From contig JANNEX010000307.1 of NCBI GenBank assembly GCA_031379155.1, forward strand, positions 1-39,415: a DNA stretch of 39,415 bases, given 5' to 3'. This document shows positions 9,181 to 18,139 of this stretch, piece by piece. This stretch comes from Rubrivivax sp. (lineage in GTDB: Bacteria > Pseudomonadota > Gammaproteobacteria > Burkholderiales > Burkholderiaceae_C). Below the pieces are notes generated by a model. It saw only the letters and a list, made by a program, of their open reading frames with translations. It ran no database searches and had not been told where the DNA came from. The position numbers and the translations under genes were made by a program. The first letter of the stretch is position 1. Each line of letters starts with the position of its first letter.

Positions 9181-9251
9181 GCTCTGGGGTTGGCTGCTGG
9201 CTGGTTGTTGGGTGGCTGAAGGGTGGTTGACGGGTGCCTGAACAGCGCGGG

Positions 9252-10490
9252 CTAATTTAACCGACGCGCATGCAGACTTTGCAGCGCTTGCAGCATGCGC
9301 TGCGCGAGTGCCTGGCGGTCATAGTGGCCGGCAGCCGCCAACGCCGCGAGGCTGAGCTGCTGGCGCAGGGCGGGTTGGGTGCGCAGTTGCAGCAGGGCCT
9401 GCACCAGTTGGTCGACGTTTTCGGGCTCAAACACCAGGCCCGCGCCTTCGCGCCTGACGATGTCGGCCGATTCACCCGCCACGCCATGCAACACCGGCAG
9501 GCCCATGCCCATGCATTCAAACAGCTTGCTTGGGATCACGGCGGTAAAGAGTTCAGTGCGCTTGAGGTGGATGAGCGAAACGTCCAGCAAAGACCAGTAG
9601 CGCGCCACCATGTCCTTGGGCACGGTGTCGATGAAGCGCACGTTGTTCAAGCCCAGCTGCTCGGCCTGGGCCTGCAAGTCTGCCTTGCGTGCGCCGTCGC
9701 CCAGCAGCATCAAGCGCACGTTTTGAGCTTCCGGGTGCGATGAAAGTTGATGCATGGCCAGCAGCAAAGTCTCCAGGCCGTGCGCCAAGCCGTGCGTGCC
9801 AACGTAGCCGGCAATGAAACAGCCGGCCCAGCCCAACTCAGCTTCAAGCTCGGCGTCTTTGGGGCGGGGCGAAAAGCGCGCGATGTCAACGCCATTGGTG
9901 ATGACCTCGATCTTGTCGCCGTTGATGCCGCGCTGCACGAGCTTGCTGCGAAACGAATGCGTCACCGACACGATGAGCGCCGCGCGCCGGTACAGGAACA
10001 GCTCCAGCGTCTCCAGCCAACGCATGGCCAGCGGGCTTTTCATGGCACCCACGGCCTTGATGGACTCTGGCCACAGGTCACGCAGCTCAAACACAAAGGG
10101 CACGCGCTTGACGCCAGCCACGGCCCAGGCTGCCACAGCAGCAAAAAACTGAGGTGAGGTGCCCACCACCACATCGACTCTTCGCACCCACAAGCTGACC
10201 AGGAAGGCCATCAGCATGTAGCTCAGGTAGTCCAGCACACGCTTGGCAAAACCTTCGTTGGCCGCGACATAACTCCAGACCCGGATGACCCGTATGCCGT
10301 CCACCCACTCTTGTTGCCAGAGCCGATTTTTGTAGCCATCGAAGACACGGCCTTTGGGGAAGTTGGGCGCGCAGGTCATGACAGTGACCTGCTCGCCTTG
10401 GGCCACCCACTGGCGGCAATGTTCATGCGTGCGGCTGGCCGGCGCATTGACCTCGGGCGGGAAGTTGTCGCTCAGGAACAGGATGTGCAT
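9252..10490 (-). CDS. Glycosyltransferase family 4 (WbuB/WeeG-like)
   Basis: Motifs ILFLSDNFPPEVNAPASRT, FELRDLWPES and IPSKLFECMGMG. ATG 10490 overlaps the upstream stop (TGATG). Confidence 0.9.
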   Translation of the reverse strand: MHILFLSDNFPPEVNAPASRTHEHCRQWVAQGEQVTVMTCAPNFPKGRVFDGYKNRLWQQEWVDGIRVIRVWSYVAANEGFAKRVLDYLSYMLMAFLVSLWVRRVDVVVGTSPQFFAAVAAWAVAGVKRVPFVFELRDLWPESIKAVGAMKSPLAMRWLETLELFLYRRAALIVSVTHSFRSKLVQRGINGDKIEVITNGVDIARFSPRPKDAELEAELGWAGCFIAGYVGTHGLAHGLETLLLAMHQLSSHPEAQNVRLMLLGDGARKADLQAQAEQLGLNNVRFIDTVPKDMVARYWSLLDVSLIHLKRTELFTAVIPSKLFECMGMGLPVLHGVAGESADIVRREGAGLVFEPENVDQLVQALLQLRTQPALRQQLSLAALAAAGHYDRQALAQRMLQALQSLHARRLN

Positions 10491-12145
10491 CAGGCGTTCC
10501 AACTCCAGCGTGTGCTGCTGCGCCCTTCTTGCAGTTGCACCACCAAGGTCTGCGCCGGCACCAGGCTGCCAAAGGCCACTGCATGCAGCCAGTCTTCGCT
10601 GCTGGCCTGGCCATGTTCGACAGACACCCGCGCCCGCACTTGACCGGCCGCTTCAACAAGCCAGCTCTGCGCGTTGTCTTGCCGCAGTGTCAGGCCCGGC
10701 GCCAGGTGAAAGCGCGCCCGCGCAAGCTCATCCCCTGCAGGCTGGACGCGGTCTTGCACCGTCAACGCTTGTGCTTCGAATTGCCAGTTGCGCTGGTGCA
10801 CGGGCGCGCCGCTCAGGTGGCGATAGCCGTCGTGCGAAGCGCTCACGCTCCAGCCGTCCAGCACGGCTGCGGTGACGCGCGCACGCCGTCCGACACGAAA
10901 GCCCGACCACACCTCGGACGAGTTGTGCGCGCCCAGCATCACGGTGCTGTGCGCGGCAGTGCCACGTTCCAGCCAGCGCCGCGCGCTGTCACCATAGACC
11001 GACGTGCCGCGGTTGACGATCAGCTCCTGGCCGTGCAGCGACAGCTCAAAGGACAAGCTGTCGGCGTGGGCGTGGCCGGGCAGGTAGTCGGGGCCCACGG
11101 GTGCCAGGTCAAGCAGCGCCAGTGCCGCGCCACGCGCGACCCGAACGTAGCCACTGGGTTGCAGATGCGTCACCTCGTCTTTGGGCGCGAAGCGCGCTGC
11201 AACGCCCAGCGCCCGGGCGTAGGCTTCAAGCGCCGCATGGTTGGGGGCGATGCCTTCGGCGCAGTCGTTGAAGCGGGCCAGGCTGCCAGCCGGATGCATC
11301 AGGCAGCGCAGCCAGTGCAGCATGGCGCGCGCATGGTGGCGCAAACGCGGCTCCAACTGGCGCGCAGCGTGGTCAGGCGGCGCTTGCGACTGGATCAGGT
11401 TGATCAGGTCAAGCACATCTTCCAGCGCCAGTGCCTGGTACATGGGCGAACGTTCAAACTGAGCGCCATCGGCCAGGATCTGTTCTTCCAGTTCGCGTTG
11501 CAGGATGTGCCGCCCCGCCGTCGACCAGCGCTGCGCTTCGGGGCCGCTGAAAAAGAGTCCTGCAAAGAGCAGCGCCTTGGCATTGGCAAACAGGTGGTTG
11601 CCCAGCAGGTGCCATTCCAGCCGCTGCGACAGCCAGCGCGCCTGCACCGCCAGGCTGTGCAGGCACGCGGGCTCGGCCTGGGCGCCGCCCTGCCACCATT
11701 TGACCCAGTTGACGATGCGCAAGCTGGTCGGGTAAGGCGCCCAGGCCGTGCCACGTGCCGGCGGGTTGTCGTGCAGCCAGCGGGCCATGAGCGCCTGGTG
11801 CCAGGTCAGCCGCTGCGCACTGCCTTGCGCCAGCAAATCGTCAAAGTAGTGCTGGTTGTAGCGCCACAGCAAAGGCCGCTGCGGGTCGTCCCAGCCGCAC
11901 TCGTCCAGATCATGTTCCTCGGCCAGAAAACGCATGCGCGTGGGCCCCAGCAGGCTGGGCCGGCGCGCCGGCGGCGTGACCCAGGCCTGCTGCGCGGCGC
12001 GGCGCGGTGGTGCGCTGCGCAGGTCGACGCGCGGCCGGCGCAATTTCATGCTTACGCGGCCCGTCAGTTGACGCAACTTGAGCCAGCGCACCGTGCGCCA
12101 CAGGCGGCCCAGCTTGGCGGGCGCAGAGAGCGGGGCCGTGCTCAC
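10490..12145 (-). CDS. Heparinase II/III-family protein (WeeF-like)
   Basis: Motifs LWRYNQHYFD, LEWHLLGNHLFAN, EQILADGAQFERSPMY, PGHAHADSLSFELS, RGTAAHST and ASHDGY. The GTG 12145 start overlaps the upstream TGA. Confidence 0.88.
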   Translation of the reverse strand: MSTAPLSAPAKLGRLWRTVRWLKLRQLTGRVSMKLRRPRVDLRSAPPRRAAQQAWVTPPARRPSLLGPTRMRFLAEEHDLDECGWDDPQRPLLWRYNQHYFDDLLAQGSAQRLTWHQALMARWLHDNPPARGTAWAPYPTSLRIVNWVKWWQGGAQAEPACLHSLAVQARWLSQRLEWHLLGNHLFANAKALLFAGLFFSGPEAQRWSTAGRHILQRELEEQILADGAQFERSPMYQALALEDVLDLINLIQSQAPPDHAARQLEPRLRHHARAMLHWLRCLMHPAGSLARFNDCAEGIAPNHAALEAYARALGVAARFAPKDEVTHLQPSGYVRVARGAALALLDLAPVGPDYLPGHAHADSLSFELSLHGQELIVNRGTSVYGDSARRWLERGTAAHSTVMLGAHNSSEVWSGFRVGRRARVTAAVLDGWSVSASHDGYRHLSGAPVHQRNWQFEAQALTVQDRVQPAGDELARARFHLAPGLTLRQDNAQSWLVEAAGQVRARVSVEHGQASSEDWLHAVAFGSLVPAQTLVVQLQEGRSSTRWSWNA

Positions 12146-14265
12146 CGCAGCGACTGGTCGATTTCTAGGCTCACGCGGGCCACCTCGAGCAATTCGTCCA
12201 AGGCAATGGGCGAAGGACCGCCGCTGCGCACTGCGTCGACGAAGGCGCGTGCGCAGGCTGTCTGGCCTTTGTCCTGGCGCCACAGGTTGAGTTTGCTGAA
12301 GCCGGGCCAGCCAAACCCTTGCAGGCGGCGGAAGTTGTCAAGCTGCAAGACGCGGCCGGCGGCAAACACTTCCAGGCGCTCTTTGGGGAAGGCCTTGCTG
12401 CCGTTGGCCAGGTAGTGGATGGAGCCCACGCTGCCGTCGACAAAACGCAGCGTCACCATCAGGTTGTCTGTGGTGGCGCCGGCCATGGCGCTGGCACTGT
12501 GGCCCGCAATGGGTGCGCCGGCCAAATGGCGCAGCAAGTCGATGAAGTGGCAGCCTTCGCCGATCAGACGGCCACCGCCCACAGCGCTGTCCTGCGTCCA
12601 GTGGTTGGCCGGGATGGCACCTGCATTGACCGTCATCACAAAGGCTTTGGGGCCGGGCGTGGCGGCCAGCAGTTGGCGCATTTTTTGCACCTGCGGCGCA
12701 AAGCGCCGGTTGAAGCCCACCATCAACAGTTGCTGGGGCGCAGCCGCTGCGGCGGCTTCGATCTGGGTCAATTCGGCCAAGCTCAGGGCCAAGGGCTTTT
12801 CAACAAACACATGCTTGCCAGCGGCCAGGGCGCGCTGTGTGAAATCGGCATGGCTGTCATGGCGCGTGATGATGACGACGATGTTTGTGCCCGCGTCAGC
12901 CAGCAATGCGTGACTGTCGGTGGTGGCCAGCGCGAAGCCAAATTTGCGCCCTACGTGCACGCTGCTGGCGCCGCCCGCCGACAAGACCTGGCGCAGGTTG
13001 ACCCCGCTGGCCTGGAACGCGGGGATCAGCACGGCGCCGGCGTAATTTCCCGAACCGATCACACTCACGCCCGGTGTCGCCGCGTTGCCGCTGCGGGGAA
13101 CAGTGGCGCCAAGCGCGACGGTGCGAAGTTGTCGGCTGGCGACGTTCTGTGGCGTCGGTTCAGGGTACGCCAACAGGATGCCCAGTGACGGCTCGGTGCC
13201 ACCCACCACCGCGTAGGCCGCTTCGGCTTCGCTGATCGCGAAGCGGTGCGAAATGAGGCGCTGCACGTCAATGCGCCGGTCAGCCAGCATGTCAAGCACG
13301 GCTTCGAAATTGCGCTGTTCGGTCCAGCGCACATAGCCGATCGGGTAGTCCTGGCCCTTGTCCTCGTAATTGGGGTCGTAACGCCCTGGTCCATAAGAGC
13401 AACTGACCTGGAATTGCAATTCCTTCTCGAAGAAGTCTGCCCTTGACAGTTCGAGCCCGGTCACTCCCACCAGCACGATGCGGCCTCGCTTGCGGCACAT
13501 CAGCGCGGCCTGGTGCACTGGCTCGCTGCTGCGCGTGGCCGCAGTGATGAGCACTGCGTCGACGCCCCGGCCGCGTGAATAGGCCACCGCGGCGGCAACC
13601 GGATCCTGGCCGGCCCCGAGGTCAACCACTTCGGCACCGAAGTCGCGCGCCAAGGCCAGCTTGACGGGATCGAAGTCGAGCCCGACGACACGACAGCCAT
13701 GGGCACGCAAGAGTTGGACCGTCAGCAGCCCGATCAGGCCCAGCCCGGTGACAACCACCGTCTCACCCAGACTGGGCTGCACGAGGCGGATGCCTTGCAG
13801 CGCGATGGATGCCAGCACGGTGAAGGCCGCAGCCTCTTCGTCGACGCCGTCGGGGACTTTGGCGCAAAGGTTGGTCGGCACTGCCACCATCTCGGCGTGC
13901 CTGCCGTTGCTGGCGACGCGGTCGCCTATGGTGAAGCCGTTGACGCCAGGGCCCACTTCGACCACGACACCGACGTTGCAATAGCCCATGGGCAAGGGCT
14001 GCTCAAGTTTGTTGCGAACGGCGGCGATGGTTGACGCCAGCCCGTCGGTGCGTATCTTGTCGAGCACCATGCGCACCTTGTCGGGCTGTTGCCGCGCCTT
14101 GTCGATCAGGCCGGCCTTGCCAAAGTCGATCAGCATGCGTTCGGTGCCGGCCGAGACCAGCGTGCGCGTGCTGCGAATCAGCAATTGACCGCGGCCGACC
14201 CGCGGGCAGGGGACATCGGCAACTTCGCTGCTGCCGCTTGTGAGGGACTGAAGCACTTGTTTCAC
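12142..14265 (-). CDS. Bi-domain oxidoreductase (MDR/zinc-type dehydrogenase plus Gfo/Idh/MocA; WeeE-like)
   Basis: Motifs TLVSAGTE, GLGLIG, SCSYGPGRYDPNYE, VRWTEQRN, GKHVFVEKPL, MVGFNRRFAP and GGGRLIGEGCHFIDL. Confidence 0.92.
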   Translation of the reverse strand: MKQVLQSLTSGSSEVADVPCPRVGRGQLLIRSTRTLVSAGTERMLIDFGKAGLIDKARQQPDKVRMVLDKIRTDGLASTIAAVRNKLEQPLPMGYCNVGVVVEVGPGVNGFTIGDRVASNGRHAEMVAVPTNLCAKVPDGVDEEAAAFTVLASIALQGIRLVQPSLGETVVVTGLGLIGLLTVQLLRAHGCRVVGLDFDPVKLALARDFGAEVVDLGAGQDPVAAAVAYSRGRGVDAVLITAATRSSEPVHQAALMCRKRGRIVLVGVTGLELSRADFFEKELQFQVSCSYGPGRYDPNYEDKGQDYPIGYVRWTEQRNFEAVLDMLADRRIDVQRLISHRFAISEAEAAYAVVGGTEPSLGILLAYPEPTPQNVASRQLRTVALGATVPRSGNAATPGVSVIGSGNYAGAVLIPAFQASGVNLRQVLSAGGASSVHVGRKFGFALATTDSHALLADAGTNIVVIITRHDSHADFTQRALAAGKHVFVEKPLALSLAELTQIEAAAAAAPQQLLMVGFNRRFAPQVQKMRQLLAATPGPKAFVMTVNAGAIPANHWTQDSAVGGGRLIGEGCHFIDLLRHLAGAPIAGHSASAMAGATTDNLMVTLRFVDGSVGSIHYLANGSKAFPKERLEVFAAGRVLQLDNFRRLQGFGWPGFSKLNLWRQDKGQTACARAFVDAVRSGGPSPIALDELLEVARVSLEIDQSLR

Positions 14266-15401
14266 TGCGACCGTCCAGTGGCCTCGGCCAGCGTCAATGC
14301 CACCGGCTGGCCGCTGTCAATGGCTTTTCTGATGGCCAGAAAGAACTTGGCCGTGGCGCTGATGTAGTGAAGATCCTCGCCGCTGCTGCTGGTCATGGAA
14401 TTGAGGATGTTGACGCCATGTCCGTGATCGCGATGAAACAGCCGCCTGTTGTGCCGGCTTGCCACGACCTCTGCGCTTAGGCTCTGGAAGTCTGTGATGT
14501 TGGCAAGCAGATCGCCCTTGTGAACATTCAGCACTTCGCGCACACCTTCGAAGGTGTGACCCTTGGCCGAAAACGTGATCGATGCACACGATTGATCGGC
14601 AAACATGACTGAGACGACATAGTCGGATTTCGAGCCAGCCGGCGTCGCCGGGACGATGGTGCACGGAAACGCGTTTGCCATGCCCACGAGCTTCAAGGAT
14701 AGGTCGGTCCAGTGGCATAGATTTCCCAACACACGTCCGCCTTCTTTTTCGTCGAAGTACCAGTGGTCGTCGGGAATCTCGTGGCCCGCGACAAACCAGT
14801 TGATCATCAAGGGACCATGCTGTTGTGCAAGAAGTGCACTCAGGGACTTGAACAGAGTGCTGCGGGGTCGATTGAACCCCAGAAAGACTTTGACCTTGGG
14901 GTGGCGGCGCATGGCTGCAGTCAATCGTTGAAGCTGGTCCTCGGAAACCACATGAGGCTTTTCAATGTGGACGTGTTTGCCGGCGTCAATGCACTGGATG
15001 GCGTACTCCGCATGCGATGCATGGTTGGACGCGACATAAACCAGATCGATTTCGGGGTCCGCAAGGATGTCTTGCGCGTTGTCTGTGTAGTAGCGCAAGC
15101 CGTAGTTGTCGAAGAAGGATGCCGCGCGGTGGATATCGACGTCCATGGCGGCACGCATGGCGCCGCCGTGGCCACGGCCAAGGTAATAACCAATATTGCT
15201 GAACGAGTAGTTGCCGCAACCAATGATCCCGATATGACCACCAGGCTTGCGCGCCGCTGGCAAGGCCGGCAAGGGCGAGTACCGTTTTTTCATGTGGTAC
15301 TGGCCTTTGATCTTCATCACCGTGCGCCGCACGCCGTAAAGGGTTACATAGCGAACTGCTTTTTTTATTTTGAAGCCAAGACTTGTGCTTGTGTAATCCA
15401 T
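14262..15401 (-). CDS. Gfo/Idh/MocA-family NAD(P)-dependent oxidoreductase
   Basis: Motifs IGIIGCGNY, ASNHASH, GKHVHIEKP, GFNRP and GGRVLGNLCHWTDL. The start is most likely ATG 15401, with GGA upstream. Confidence 0.88.
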   Translation of the reverse strand: MDYTSTSLGFKIKKAVRYVTLYGVRRTVMKIKGQYHMKKRYSPLPALPAARKPGGHIGIIGCGNYSFSNIGYYLGRGHGGAMRAAMDVDIHRAASFFDNYGLRYYTDNAQDILADPEIDLVYVASNHASHAEYAIQCIDAGKHVHIEKPHVVSEDQLQRLTAAMRRHPKVKVFLGFNRPRSTLFKSLSALLAQQHGPLMINWFVAGHEIPDDHWYFDEKEGGRVLGNLCHWTDLSLKLVGMANAFPCTIVPATPAGSKSDYVVSVMFADQSCASITFSAKGHTFEGVREVLNVHKGDLLANITDFQSLSAEVVASRHNRRLFHRDHGHGVNILNSMTSSSGEDLHYISATAKFFLAIRKAIDSGQPVALTLAEATGRSQ

Positions 15402-15540
15402 CAGATGTCCAGTTATTGGTCTTTGGCCGGCCGGCATTGTCAAGCGCATGCGACTCGACACGATGCGGTGCCCGCCTGTGCACAGAGGTTTGATTCAGGT
15501 GCCGGGCAGTTGACATACAGGCAGTCCACAGACAGGCCGT

Positions 15541-16680
15541 TCATGGTCGCGCCTGCGCGGATGCCCCAGCCAGCGTGAACACTCGGGCCCAGGTTTCTTT
15601 GGCCGTGCGCGACCACACGTAGCGAAGGCTGCGCTCGCTTGCCGCCCCTGCCACCTTTTCAGCCGTCTCGGGCGACTCGAGAACCGTGGTCAAGGCTGCG
15701 GTCAAGCTGTGAGGATGGGTCGGCGAGAAGTACAACAAGCCGGGGCCGCCGAACTCTGGCATCGGCATCACATCGGATGACAGTACAGGCCGGCCGGCAC
15801 CCAACGACTCCAGCAGGATGTTGGGACAGTTCTCGCATGACGATGCGAAGACGATAGCCCGGGCATGCTGATACCAGGCCGGCAGGTCCGCATAGGGCAC
15901 CGCGCCCGCCATCAACACCGTTTGTTGCAGCGAGAGTTCGCGTATGAGCGCAGCGACGGGCTTTGCCTCTGGCAGGTCGGTTTCGCCCAAGAACACCAGC
16001 CGCAGGCCTTCACGCTTGTTTACCGGCAAGGCCGAAAACGCGTGCACGACTTCGCGGTGATGTTTGTAGATGTCAAACCGGGACACGTACAGCAAGTACT
16101 CGCCAACAGGTGCCTGGTGCGGGCGCTTCAGTGGACGGTTGAGCGTGCGAAAGGCATCGCCGATGCCGTGCGGTATGGTCACCGGATTGGGGATGTGAAC
16201 CAACTGCTCAATCAGCGACCTGGCGTGGTCTGAGACGAAAATCGACAAGTCTGCCTTTGCCAAACTGCGCAGCATCACCCTGCGCAGGATCAGGTTGCGC
16301 CAACGTTGCAGGCCCCAGGGCATGCGGCGCATGAGTTGCTGGTCGAACGGGATCATGTTGCGGAACATCGTTACCACCTTGCAGCCCGCAGGCGCCCGTG
16401 TGGCGACCACGCCGCCCGGACAAAAGAGCACCTGGGCGCCGACACGACGCAGAAATCCTGGCAGCATGAAACGCTCCCACAGCGCACGCAACAATGGATT
16501 GCTTGTTGGCCAAGCGGTATGCACCGGCTTGATCCGCGGGTCGTCTGGCATTGGAAGATCGTGGGGCGAAAACACCCAGACCTCGAGCGCTGGCCAGTCC
16601 GGCAGATGGGCCAGCAAATTGATCAAATAGGTGCGGCCCCCGCCAAGGCGTGCCGACAGCCCATTGATGACAACTCTCAT
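15541..16680 (-). CDS. Glycosyltransferase family 4
   Basis: Motifs INGLSARLGGGRTYL, LYVSRFDIYKH and ASSCENCPNILLESLGAG. Confidence 0.9.
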   Translation of the reverse strand: MRVVINGLSARLGGGRTYLINLLAHLPDWPALEVWVFSPHDLPMPDDPRIKPVHTAWPTSNPLLRALWERFMLPGFLRRVGAQVLFCPGGVVATRAPAGCKVVTMFRNMIPFDQQLMRRMPWGLQRWRNLILRRVMLRSLAKADLSIFVSDHARSLIEQLVHIPNPVTIPHGIGDAFRTLNRPLKRPHQAPVGEYLLYVSRFDIYKHHREVVHAFSALPVNKREGLRLVFLGETDLPEAKPVAALIRELSLQQTVLMAGAVPYADLPAWYQHARAIVFASSCENCPNILLESLGAGRPVLSSDVMPMPEFGGPGLLYFSPTHPHSLTAALTTVLESPETAEKVAGAASERSLRYVWSRTAKETWARVFTLAGASAQARP

Positions 16681-16833
16681 GATCGAAGCTCAGAAACCTT
16701 CTTGCAGTCAGCGCTGCGCGCCCGACGCCAGATGGCGGGGCATGCAGTCCTGCCATCGCTCGTTAGTCGATTGAGTGGCTGGACACTGCGGTTGAATGCT
16801 TGCCGATGCAATTGGCAATGGCTTGGCCTCTGT

Positions 16834-16850
16834 TTGGCACACTCGTTGCC
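16834..16850 (+). promoter_or_regulatory. Putative sigma-54 (-24/-12) site
   Basis: TTGGCAC-ACTCG-TTGCC matches TGGCAC-N5-TTGC and lies in a 276-bp intergenic gap. The reverse strand also reads GG-N10-GC. Confidence 0.4.
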
Positions 16851-16956
16851 ACGTCCGCTGGCCCAGTCAACAGCTTGGCCGCTGCGCCGTGCAGTTGCAG
16901 GACAAAACATGGCGATGCGTATCAAGTGCTTGGGCAAGCGCATCCTCTGTTCGCTT

Positions 16957-18000
16957 TCAGGTTGAAAGGGTGGCAGGCAAGGACCGCGGCGAACCCGTCT
17001 GTGGCGCAAGCTGAAGCGGACGACGACCGGATCCCACAATTCCGTTCAATCCGGTCCGCACGTTGATGTCGACAAAACCCTCACGGCCGAACCACCGCAT
17101 GACAGATTCGAGTGTCTGAGGGTGGTCATGCGCGGGTGAGTACATGTCGAAGGTATCCAGAATGGCCCATTGCACATTCAGTTTCGCTGGCAAACCGAGA
17201 TGCGCATATTCGACAATGGGCATCAGCCTTGCACCGGCACGCCCGGCGATTCGGCGCAGAAAGCGCGTCAGTGGCACCAACGGCGGCGTGACCATTTCTA
17301 TCATGCGATACAAGGTTTCCTTTTTCATGCGCATGGTGATGGGGCGGAGCAAGTACTTCCAGTGCAGCCAGGCGACGGCGCTGCTGGTGTAGACATCGAT
17401 GACCAATTGGCCGCCGGGTTTGACGTGTTTGGCCAGGCTTCTGAATGCGGCCTCGGGGTCTGGGGTGTGCTGAACAACGCCCAGGCAGATGACCTTATCA
17501 AAGTAATTTTCCTGCAGCGGAATGTTGAATATGTCGCCCTGAAACAGATGCAGATTGGGCGGCGCCAGGGCCTTGAGATTGTTGGCGTTGGCGTCGACTG
17601 CGGTGGAGTAGTCGAAGCTCACCAGAGTGGCCCCAGATTCGACCAGCACTTCGGTAAAACGGCCGGCTCCGGAGCCGGCTTCAAGCACCCTTTGACCTGT
17701 CAGGTCAAGTTTTCCGCCTATCGCCGTCCACAGCCGGTCGTGGCTGATGGGAAGGCCGGAGAAGCTGTCAAGTTGAGTCTTGGCGTGGCGATTCCATTGG
17801 AAGCCAAAGGACTCTGCGTAGTTGGACGCCGGCACAAATCGCGGCAGCCCTTTGTGCACCGGATACTGTTGGCCGCAACTGGCGCATTGAAGTACACCTT
17901 CCTGGATGTCGTCGGCTGACGCATCGGCGGGCGCAGCCAATCGCAGGTGTTCGCCCCGACAGGCCGGGCAGCAGTGCAGCTTGAGATGGGTTCTTTTCAT
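16957..18000 (-). CDS. Class I SAM-dependent methyltransferase with an N-terminal Trm112-like zinc-ribbon domain
   Basis: CPAC...EGVLQCASCGQQYPVHKGLPRFV, then SFGFQW, VLEAGSGAGRF, GVVQHTPDP and KPGGQL. Confidence 0.88.
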   Translation of the reverse strand: MKRTHLKLHCCPACRGEHLRLAAPADASADDIQEGVLQCASCGQQYPVHKGLPRFVPASNYAESFGFQWNRHAKTQLDSFSGLPISHDRLWTAIGGKLDLTGQRVLEAGSGAGRFTEVLVESGATLVSFDYSTAVDANANNLKALAPPNLHLFQGDIFNIPLQENYFDKVICLGVVQHTPDPEAAFRSLAKHVKPGGQLVIDVYTSSAVAWLHWKYLLRPITMRMKKETLYRMIEMVTPPLVPLTRFLRRIAGRAGARLMPIVEYAHLGLPAKLNVQWAILDTFDMYSPAHDHPQTLESVMRWFGREGFVDINVRTGLNGIVGSGRRPLQLAPQTGSPRSLPATLST

Positions 18001-18139
18001 GATGTCAGGCGAATTGAGAGCAGGTTCGTCGTGCCGCTGATTGGAACCTGTGGTGAATGAATAGGGTGCGCGCTTGAAGCGCGGTATGAAAGCCCGGGCT
18101 TGCAGATACAGCAGATGAAAAGTGACTGGCCTGCATCGA

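Noticed and set aside
12146-12283. Extended N-termini in the ORF track (also 27913-28050, 24054-24113, 36373-36483, 36353-36439, 892-936)
   Set aside because: They overlap neighbouring genes or promoters. The downstream starts coincide with family N-termini and with stop/start overlaps.
10529-12415. 628-aa plus-strand ORF
   Set aside because: It is an antisense shadow of the heparinase-like and oxidoreductase genes, has no recognisable motifs, and such ORFs are expected in high-GC DNA.
15360-15366. A7 tract near the 5' end of the Gfo/Idh/MocA gene (also T7 at 26532-26538) as phase-variation sites
   Set aside because: The runs are too short and the reading frames are intact.
16677-17039. 120-aa minus-strand ORF spanning the intergenic gap (likewise 17997-18185 and 29065-29292)
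   Set aside because: These overlap real genes and have no motifs. The ATGA overlap with the next gene arises automatically whenever the second codon starts with A.
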